Assembly: GCA_963793455.1 (NCBI GenBank)
Contig: CAWCAK010000008.1
Span: forward strand, 100,752-164,751
Direction: 5' to 3'
DNA length: 64,000 nt
Origin: an uncultured Bacteroidota bacterium
GTDB lineage: Bacteria; Bacteroidota; Bacteroidia; Bacteroidales; GCA-2748055
The position numbers and the translations under genes are program-made. A model generated the notes under the pieces. That model was given only the letters and a program-made list of their open reading frames with translations, was not told the origin of the DNA and searched no databases. Shown piece by piece: positions 9,327 through 16,225 of this stretch; position 1 is the stretch's first letter, and every line of letters starts with the position of its first letter.

Positions 9327-9872
9327 TTGAAGAACGATGAAGTCCATATGGTCAGGGAGCTCCGGGCCGGCCGGGAGAGTGCCTTCTCCTGGCTCTTCAA
9401 GGAATACTACAGGCCCCTGACTGTATACGCCTTCAAGTATATTTCAGACATGGAATCTGCCAGGGAAATTGTGCAGGACCTGTTCGTGTACCTCTATGAG
9501 AACAGGAAGACAATCCTGATTACAGGCTCCCTGAAATCATACCTGTACCATTCGGTCCGGAACCGCAGTTTGAACCTGGTCAGAAAGGAGCAGACCCGCC
9601 GGAAACACATGGCGCAGTTGCAGGGTGAACGGCATTCTTCTGATGATCCCGAGTCCATGATCCGGGAAACCGAAATGGAGCACCAGGTTTTTCTGATCAT
9701 CTCAGCACTCCCGCCGCAATGCAGGAGGGTCTTTCTGTTAAGCAGGGAAAAAGGATTGTCCAATGGTGAGATCGCCGGGCAACTGGAGATCTCCAAGCGA
9801 ACTGTGGAGAAGCAGATCTCCAATGCTTTGAAGGCAATCCGGTCAGGAATAAGCGACCTGGCAAAACCATAG
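9327..9872 (+). CDS. ECF-type RNA polymerase sigma-70 factor (FecI-like)
   Basis: Region 2 FSWLFKEYYRPLTVYAFKYI...AREIVQDLF. Region 4 LPPQCRRVFLLSREKGLSNGEIAGQLEISKRTVEKQISNALKAI. Belongs with the FecR/TonB-receptor genes further downstream. The last 228 nt lie inside repeat 9645-9907. Confidence 0.9.
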   Translation: MKNDEVHMVRELRAGRESAFSWLFKEYYRPLTVYAFKYISDMESAREIVQDLFVYLYENRKTILITGSLKSYLYHSVRNRSLNLVRKEQTRRKHMAQLQGERHSSDDPESMIRETEMEHQVFLIISALPPQCRRVFLLSREKGLSNGEIAGQLEISKRTVEKQISNALKAIRSGISDLAKP

Positions 9873-9907
9873 CGTCCACAACTTTTTCCAATCCTTCTGT
9901 ACGTGTT
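9645..9907 (+). repeat. Direct repeat copy 1 (sigma gene 3' end plus about 35 nt downstream)
   Basis: Aligns at constant offset 1440 with 11085-11347. I count 20 mismatches in 263 nt (about 92%). Confidence 0.9.
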
Positions 9908-11084
9908 CCTGTTTTCGTCATTCCCTCCGGTGTGAATTCTTCAAGCAAAGATAATCAGCGATGTAGTACTTGGATTTTAACATTTTTGGGTCTCTCGACA
10001 TCTCGCTTTCATGTAATTCCGGACAAAAAGGGACATGAAAGCGGATATTCGCTCGCGTGAAATCTTGTTTTAGATAAATATTATTTTTATATACGCATTA
10101 TTAAACAAATAAATAATTATTAATTATCCTTTGATAGATAATTACTAATATGCAATTGGCTTAATATACCGTATCGAGTATTAATCAATATCTATCTTGA
10201 GATGAAGTGGGAGATCATTAAGAAGTTTTCCGCCAGGAACAAGATTTGTTTTAGCTACAAGGACGTGTTAGCGGAATATCCCGATAAGGATCCCAGCTAT
10301 CTTTCCAAAGCACTTGCCACCATGGTAAGAAAGGGCATGTTAATGAAATTATGCCGGGATGTTTACCACGTTATTCCGCTGAGTGCAGATCCGCGGACCT
10401 ATACTCCTGACAGTAGACTTGTTGCCATGTGCGTGATGAAAGGGAGGGACTATTACATTGCTTACTCCTCGGCGATGGATATCCACGGATTGACAGATCA
10501 ACCAGGCCTGAAAACAATGGTAGTAACTTCCCGGCAGGTGCAACCGTCCATTCACACTATCGCCGGCAAGGAATTTCATTTTATAAGCCATGCCTACTAC
10601 AGGTTTTTCGGGTATGAAGCGACCTGGGTAACCACCCGGGAGCAAGTCATGGTCAGTGACCTGGAAAAGACCATTGTAGATGCCGTGTCAAAACCGCGTT
10701 TATCTGGAGGGATCCCGGGGGTCGGGAAAGCCATATTCCGCTCCAAAGAAAGAACTGATCAACAAAAATTGTTCTACTATTTATCCAGGAACGGGAGTCA
10801 TGTCGCGAAGAAGCGCTATTTGTTCCTCTCCGATTCTCTTGGAATGGGATGGACACCTGACCATGAAAGAATGCTTAAAGAAAGCGGGTCAAGCATTTCC
10901 CTGTTAGATCCCGCGGGTCCAATTCAGGGTGTGAAAAACTCCCGTTTTGGCCTGAAGATCAATTTTGAGGTAGACACCTTGATGGATCGCTAATAATTTT
11001 TATTGGTTGCATAAGGAGTGTTCAGGCTTGAGCGGTCGAGTTGATCACGTGTAGTTCAACAGGGTGTCCCAATGACGAAAACAG
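9908..11084 (+). mobile_element. 1177-bp insertion bounded by 14-bp perfect inverted repeats, carrying an AbiEi-like gene
   Basis: Left terminus CCTGTTTTCGTCAT (9908-9921); right terminus ATGACGAAAACAGG (11072-11085). The right end GGGTGTCCCAATGACGAAAACAGG matches the left end of insertion 32598-33080 in reverse complement. AT-rich interior (10060-10200). Hairpin CGCTTTCATGT...ACATGAAAGCG at 10004-10043. No transposase or integrase. Confidence 0.6.
10202..10993 (+). CDS. AbiEi-family (type IV toxin-antitoxin) antitoxin / COG5340-like transcriptional regulator
   Basis: N-terminal wHTH-like region (FSYKDVLAEY...LSKALATMVRKGMLMKLCRDVYHVIP). The motifs YYIAYSSAMDIHGLTDQP, VVTS, SDLEKTIVDAV and the tail RFGLKINFEVD follow the order I recall for Bacteroides AbiEi proteins. 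No AbiEii gene follows. Confidence 0.7.
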   Translation: MKWEIIKKFSARNKICFSYKDVLAEYPDKDPSYLSKALATMVRKGMLMKLCRDVYHVIPLSADPRTYTPDSRLVAMCVMKGRDYYIAYSSAMDIHGLTDQPGLKTMVVTSRQVQPSIHTIAGKEFHFISHAYYRFFGYEATWVTTREQVMVSDLEKTIVDAVSKPRLSGGIPGVGKAIFRSKERTDQQKLFYYLSRNGSHVAKKRYLFLSDSLGMGWTPDHERMLKESGSSISLLDPAGPIQGVKNSRFGLKINFEVDTLMDR

Positions 11085-11312
11085 GATCCTGAGTCCAGGA
11101 TCCGGGAAACCGAAATGGAACACCAGGTTTTCCTGATCATCTCTGCACTCCCGCCGCAATGCAGGAAGGTCTTTCTGTTGAGCAGGGAAAAAGGATTGTC
11201 CAATGGTGAGATCGCCGGGCAACTGGAGATCTCCAAACGAACCGTGGAAAAGCAGATATCCAATGCTTTAAAGGCAATCCGGTCAGGGATAAGCGAACTG
11301 GCAAAACCATAG
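11085..11312 (+). pseudogene. 3'-terminal fragment of an ECF sigma gene (region 4 only)
   Basis: Encodes DPESRIRETEMEHQVFLIISALPPQCRKVFLLSREKGLSNGEIAGQLEISKRTVEKQISNALKAIRSGISELAKP with no 5' part. Differs from the intact gene in 3 of 75 residues. Confidence 0.9.
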
Positions 11313-11347
11313 CATCTACAACTTTTTCCCGTCCCCCTGTACGTGTT
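11085..11347 (+). repeat. Direct repeat copy 2 (displaced sigma 3' end)
   Basis: See 9645-9907. Contiguous with the fecR-like gene downstream. Confidence 0.9.
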
Positions 11348-11388
11348 TTATCTGTTTGTAGTGTCCTGTGTATAGAAACCACTTTACA

Positions 11389-12243
11389 ATGAAACCTGAA
11401 AAAGAGATCGACAAGGAATTGTTGAGCAATATGGAATTATACAGATCCATCGATATGGAAACGGACTGGAAGCAGGTACGCGGAAAAATGGGATTTGACA
11501 GGAAAAGAAGCCTGACGAGGATATGGTGGGCCGCTGCCGTTGCAGTCCTGCTGGTTGGTGCCGGATTCCTGGCACAGCAATATGATGTTTTCACACCCGA
11601 CTTGATCGTTGCAGTTGCCACCGGTGACCAGAATGAAATATCTCTCCCGGATGGATCGGTGGTAACCCTCAATAAAGATGCGGTGCTGCAATATCCGGAA
11701 AGGTTCAGCCGAAACCGGCGGGAATTAAAGCTTTCCGGGGAAGCATTTTTTGAGGTTGAACCTGATCCGGGAAAACCTTTCGTAGTGGAAGCCGGAACCG
11801 AAGCCATCGTGGAGGTGTTGGGGACTTCATTTAACATCAAAGCAGAGAAGGAAAAAAGGTCCGTTAAAGTCATGGTAGTGAAGGGCCGGATTGCTTTTTC
11901 AATTAGCAGGCAGCAGGATTCCAGGATCATCCTGGAAAAAGACCAGCAGGCCATTCTGGCTGAAGGAGGGATTACCAGGCTTGAGAAGAGAAACAACAAC
12001 TTCCTGAGCTGGAAGACCGGGATACTCGAGTTTGACCAGGCAGGAATTCTGGAAGTTTTAAGTGATCTGCAGTCGCATTACAAAATGGACATTGTGCTTC
12101 AGCCAGGTGTAAACAGGGACCTCTGTTTTACATCCATTATAGATAACCAGGAGCTGGAAAGTGTGCTGGACGAGATTTCCCTGGTGCTGGGGCTGGAATA
12201 CGCTTATGTGGAGAAACAGGTTGTCATCTCTTCCACGGAATAG
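11389..12243 (+). CDS. FecR-family anti-sigma factor / signal transducer
   Basis: Cytoplasmic N-terminus, one TM (IWWAAAVAVLLVGAGFLA). FecR domain (LPDGSVVTLNKDAVLQYPE...LSGEAFFEV...PFVV), then a DUF4974-like C-terminus. ATG at 11389 preferred over the GTG at 11368. Confidence 0.85.
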   Translation: MKPEKEIDKELLSNMELYRSIDMETDWKQVRGKMGFDRKRSLTRIWWAAAVAVLLVGAGFLAQQYDVFTPDLIVAVATGDQNEISLPDGSVVTLNKDAVLQYPERFSRNRRELKLSGEAFFEVEPDPGKPFVVEAGTEAIVEVLGTSFNIKAEKEKRSVKVMVVKGRIAFSISRQQDSRIILEKDQQAILAEGGITRLEKRNNNFLSWKTGILEFDQAGILEVLSDLQSHYKMDIVLQPGVNRDLCFTSIIDNQELESVLDEISLVLGLEYAYVEKQVVISSTE

Positions 12244-12252
12244 GGAGGAATC

Positions 12253-14874
12253 ATGAATATGTTGTTCACCATATGGATTGCGCTTTATTCGGTTCTTTAC
12301 ATTCAGCCGGAAGCACCCCGGGAACCTCTCCTGGAAAAGGAAGTAAGCATCATGGAGAGAACAGCCAGCATCAAAGAGATTCTGGTCGAACTGGGTAATG
12401 CAGGCGGATTCACCTTCAGCTATGGAAACGAGGTTCCGGCAGAAAGGATCATCAGTGTGAAAGGAGAGAAGAAAAGCATCAGGGCCCACCTGGACCTCCT
12501 GTTTGAAGATGATTCCCTGGATTATGTTGAAAAGGGCAAGAAAGTCCTGATCATCCCTTCCACAGCCCGCTCAAAGGCTATGGTCAGCCAGACTGTCAGG
12601 GGAAGGATCCTCGACACCGATTCAAAACAGCCTCTGGTGGGTGTAAATGTTTTACTCGATTCGGAGGGACCGCAAAAGGGAACAATCACCGATGGAGATG
12701 GATATTTCAGGTTTAAGGATGTTCCCGTAGGAAGGCATGCGATCAAGTGTTCCTATGTAGGATATGAGTCAAGAGACTTATCCAACCTGGTGGTGGGATC
12801 GGGAAAAGAGGTTGTAGTGGATGTGGAAATGGTTGAATCGGTGTACCGGATATCCGAAGTAAAGATCACCAACAGGCATGATATGACCGGTCCTATCAAT
12901 GACCTGGCCGTAGTGAGCGGAAGAAGCTTCTCCTCCTATGAAGTGGAAAACTATCCGGGCACCCTGTCGGATATATCCCGGGTAGCCATTTCATATCCGG
13001 GGGTTGTATCTCCAAATGATGGTCAGAACCATATTGTTATCAGGGGAAACAGTCCAAAGGGACTTCAATGGAGGCTGGAGGGGATCGAGATCCCGAACCT
13101 TAATCATTTCTCCAATATCGGGGCATCCGGGGGTGGGGTGAACGTCGTGAGCAACAATATGCTTGCAGCTTCTGATTTTCTCACGGGAGCATTTCCTGCG
13201 GAGTATGGGAACGCCCTCTCAGGGGTATTTGACATGCGGCTAAGGACCGGGAACAATGAGAGGCATGAGCAGACATTCCAGTTGGGATTGATCGGTACAG
13301 AAGTAATGGTGGAAGGCCCCATCAGCAGATCCAACAACACCACCTATATTGCCCAATACCGGTACAGCACCCTCAAGCTTTTGGAGAAAATGGGGATTGA
13401 TCTGAATAGCGTACCGGATTTCCAGGATCTCTCCTTCAAGATCTATCATCCCACCAGGAAGCTTGGGATTTTTTCCCTGTTCGGGATCGGGGGGCTCAGC
13501 CATGAAACCGGGACAGATGGCTATGAAATGAATTCCAACCTTGCCACGATTGGGCTCAGCAACAGCTATCCGGTGGATGATAAAACTTTCGTTCGGACTA
13601 TACTGTCAGGCTCATGGAGATCCTATTCGTGGTATCAGGAAAGGAACATCGGTTCACCGGAGGTCCCCATCAACAGGATCTGGGATACAAATATCTCTGA
13701 CTATACCGTCAAGGGTTCCCTCACATTAAACCGGAAAATCAACTCCAAACATAAGATCAAGGCAGGAGTCATTTATGAAATGGGATGGAATGACTCATAC
13801 ATGGGATGGTATTCCGATACCCTCTACAACTGGTATTCTGATCCTTCACACGCCGGATACCTGACCCAGAAATTCAACCATACCTTTGTAGATGCCACTG
13901 AACATGCCGGTACACTCCAGGCATTCACCAACTGGAGCTACCGCATCGGGGAGTCTGTTACGCTGAATACCGGGGCACACTTTATCCAGTTTTACCTGAA
14001 CAATAACTATTCCATCGAGCCCAGGCTGGGGATCAGGTGGAATATCAATTCACGCCATACACTAGCGGCAGGGGCCGGGATCCACAGCCGGAAAGAGTCC
14101 ATGACCCTTTATACTGGGGAGCTTACCCTGCATGACGGAACGGTGATTTCCCCCAACAGGGACCTGGAGCTTTCCAAGGCCCGGCACTATGTACTGGGAT
14201 ATAAATTCCATATTTCTGATTTCATGCATCTGAATGCCGAGGCATATTACCAGGACCTTTATGATATCCCGGCATATCCATTCCCCCCCTACTTCTCGAC
14301 CATCAATTTCGATTATGGTTTCGAGGGCAATGTGCTCACCAATTATGGAACAGGATACAATACAGGGATTGAGGCAGGACTCGAGAGGTACATGATCAAT
14401 GGTTTCCATTTCATGCTCAATGGATCGCTATACGATTCCAGGTACGAAAACAAACTGGGGGAAAAGCTGCACACCAAATACAATGGATCCTATGCGGCCA
14501 ATGGACTCATCGGTAAGGAATTCAAAGTCGGAACCACAAAACAACATGCCCTCAGTGTCACTTCACGGTTTATCCTGGCAGGGGGGATGCGGCAACTGCC
14601 CATCGACCGGGAAGCTTCCATTGAGAATGGTAAAACAGTCTATTACTGGGATAACGGTTTTTCTGAAAAGAATTCAGACTACTTCCGGATAGATGTGATG
14701 TTCAAGTTACGGCGCAACAAATCAAGGTATTCGGGTGAATGGAGCCTGGACCTGATGAACATACTGAACAGGCAGAACATGCTTTACGAATACTGGGACA
14801 TCAGTATCAACGATTTCCGGGCAGAATATCAGAATCCATTCCTGGTATTCATTAACTACAGGATTCAATTCTAA
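12253..14874 (+). CDS. TonB-dependent outer-membrane receptor with STN-like and carboxypeptidase-regulatory-like N-terminal domains
   Basis: CarbopepD_reg-like VRGRILDTDSKQPLVGVNVLL...DGDGYFRFKDVPVG. Plug-like NHIVIRGNSPKGLQWRLEGIEIPN. Long beta-barrel region ending in the aromatic residue ...INYRIQF. Sits in a sigma/FecR context. Confidence 0.8.
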   Translation: MNMLFTIWIALYSVLYIQPEAPREPLLEKEVSIMERTASIKEILVELGNAGGFTFSYGNEVPAERIISVKGEKKSIRAHLDLLFEDDSLDYVEKGKKVLIIPSTARSKAMVSQTVRGRILDTDSKQPLVGVNVLLDSEGPQKGTITDGDGYFRFKDVPVGRHAIKCSYVGYESRDLSNLVVGSGKEVVVDVEMVESVYRISEVKITNRHDMTGPINDLAVVSGRSFSSYEVENYPGTLSDISRVAISYPGVVSPNDGQNHIVIRGNSPKGLQWRLEGIEIPNLNHFSNIGASGGGVNVVSNNMLAASDFLTGAFPAEYGNALSGVFDMRLRTGNNERHEQTFQLGLIGTEVMVEGPISRSNNTTYIAQYRYSTLKLLEKMGIDLNSVPDFQDLSFKIYHPTRKLGIFSLFGIGGLSHETGTDGYEMNSNLATIGLSNSYPVDDKTFVRTILSGSWRSYSWYQERNIGSPEVPINRIWDTNISDYTVKGSLTLNRKINSKHKIKAGVIYEMGWNDSYMGWYSDTLYNWYSDPSHAGYLTQKFNHTFVDATEHAGTLQAFTNWSYRIGESVTLNTGAHFIQFYLNNNYSIEPRLGIRWNINSRHTLAAGAGIHSRKESMTLYTGELTLHDGTVISPNRDLELSKARHYVLGYKFHISDFMHLNAEAYYQDLYDIPAYPFPPYFSTINFDYGFEGNVLTNYGTGYNTGIEAGLERYMINGFHFMLNGSLYDSRYENKLGEKLHTKYNGSYAANGLIGKEFKVGTTKQHALSVTSRFILAGGMRQLPIDREASIENGKTVYYWDNGFSEKNSDYFRIDVMFKLRRNKSRYSGEWSLDLMNILNRQNMLYEYWDISINDFRAEYQNPFLVFINYRIQF

Positions 14875-14977
14875 ACACTGGTGATGAAAGCGCTGTTTCG
14901 TTCCATCACCCTGTTCATACCCTCAGGCAGCAAAACAATTGTTGGGATTCAGGTGTTAAATATGGAAACCCAGATCC

Positions 14978-16225
14978 ATGAAAAAACAGGGCCCGACCAC
15001 CACGTTGCTGCATACCCCTTTCCCGAAAAAGGATCCCCATGGCAGCCTGAATTTCCCTACCTACGAGAGTGTGGCCTTCGAAGCTGACACTGCAGAGGAG
15101 CTGGAGGCAGCTTTCACCGGAGAGAAGCAGCGGCATATCTATTCCAGGATCACCAATCCGACAGTGGAGTATTTCGAATCGAAAGTGCAGCGGCTGACCG
15201 GGGCCTTTTCGGTGACCGCCATGTCTTCGGGTATGGCTGCCATTACCAACCTGGTGGTGACCCTGGGGAAAGCCGGGGATAACGTTGTGACTTCAAAGCA
15301 CCTGTTCGGGAACACCCTTTCCCTGTTTGAAAAAACGCTGAAGCCCTATGGTTTCTCGGCCAAATACACCGACCTGACAGATCCTGAATCGGTTGCTTCG
15401 GAAGTGGATGAAAATACCATAGCAATCTTCTTCGAGACCATCACAAATCCCCAACTGGAGGTGGCCGATATCAGGGCATTGTCGGAAATCGCAAAGAAAA
15501 ACAACCTCCTGCTCATTGGTGATACAACACTCACCCCTCCTTCCATGTTCAGGGCGTCTGATTTCGGGGTGGACTTTGAAGTCCTGTCCAGTACCAAGTA
15601 CATTTCAGGAGGGGCAACCTCGGTGGGTGGACTGCTCATCGATTATGGCACATACGACTGGAGTGGATTTGACAAGACAAAAGAGGCATTCAAACAGCAT
15701 GGCCCCCTTGCATTTAAAGCCATGCTGCGAAAACAGGTATACAGGAACATGGGTGCGTGTCTTTCCCCCCACAATGCCTACCTCCAGAGCCTGGGGCTTG
15801 ATACACTGGTTTTGCGTACGGACCGGTCAGCCTCCAATGCCCTTGAAATTGCCCGCTGGCTGGAGCTCCAACCGGCAGTACGGCATGTGCATTTCCCCGG
15901 GCTTGAAAGTTCACCCTACCACCAGGCTGCCAGGGAGCAATTCGGAGAAAAGCCCTGCTCGCTCCTCACCTTCGATCTTGGATCCAAGGAGCAGTGCTAC
16001 TCCTTTATGAACCGCCTTGAAGTAATCAGAAGGGCCACCAACCTGCAGGACAATAAAACCCTGATCATCCACCCCTACTCAACCATCTTTGCCGAATACA
16101 GCGATGCTCAGAAAGAGGAGATGGGACTCCGGGACACCATGCTCAGGCTATCGGTGGGAATCGAGGAGGTGGAAGACCTGGTCGGGGACATCAGCCAGGC
16201 TGTTTCAGGACCAGCATCTTCCTGA
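14978..16225 (+). CDS. metY: O-acetylhomoserine sulfhydrylase-like PLP enzyme (Cys/Met metabolism family)
   Basis: YSRITNPT, TAMSSGMAAI, and the PLP lysine motif LSSTKYISGG. Length 415 aa. Confidence 0.8.
   Translation: MKKQGPTTTLLHTPFPKKDPHGSLNFPTYESVAFEADTAEELEAAFTGEKQRHIYSRITNPTVEYFESKVQRLTGAFSVTAMSSGMAAITNLVVTLGKAGDNVVTSKHLFGNTLSLFEKTLKPYGFSAKYTDLTDPESVASEVDENTIAIFFETITNPQLEVADIRALSEIAKKNNLLLIGDTTLTPPSMFRASDFGVDFEVLSSTKYISGGATSVGGLLIDYGTYDWSGFDKTKEAFKQHGPLAFKAMLRKQVYRNMGACLSPHNAYLQSLGLDTLVLRTDRSASNALEIARWLELQPAVRHVHFPGLESSPYHQAAREQFGEKPCSLLTFDLGSKEQCYSFMNRLEVIRRATNLQDNKTLIIHPYSTIFAEYSDAQKEEMGLRDTMLRLSVGIEEVEDLVGDISQAVSGPASS

Noticed and set aside
9697-9948. 83-aa and 81-aa ORFs antisense to both sigma 3' copies (9697-9948 and 11137-11382), one starting at the outward-facing ATG inside the element terminus (ATGACGAAAACAGG)
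   Set aside because: They have no recognisable motifs. Conservation is explained by the sense-strand sigma coding sequence. The ATG in the terminus gives only a 6-codon ORF at the other junction of the same element.
9645-11347. Diversity-generating retroelement (template/variable repeat pair) as an explanation for the duplicated gene 3' ends here and at 32432-33246
   Set aside because: There is no reverse transcriptase nearby. Differences between the copies are mostly synonymous transitions at all four bases rather than adenine-specific. The second pair differs at a single synonymous site.
11316-11999. Long antisense or shadow ORFs (for example 11316-11999 minus, 5151-5639 minus, 28362-30322 plus set, 33601-34545 set, 44945-45634 minus, 47455-48048 plus, 52765-53643 plus, 30975-31790 minus)
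   Set aside because: Each lies opposite a gene with strong family motifs. They have low-complexity or Arg/Pro/Gly-rich translations typical of antisense frames in moderately GC-rich DNA.
14875-14977. SAM riboswitch upstream of the metY-like gene
   Set aside because: I could not find the conserved SAM-I core elements. There is only a generic hairpin (GGTGATG...CATCACC, about 14879-14910) right after the receptor gene stop. A covariance-model scan is needed to be sure.
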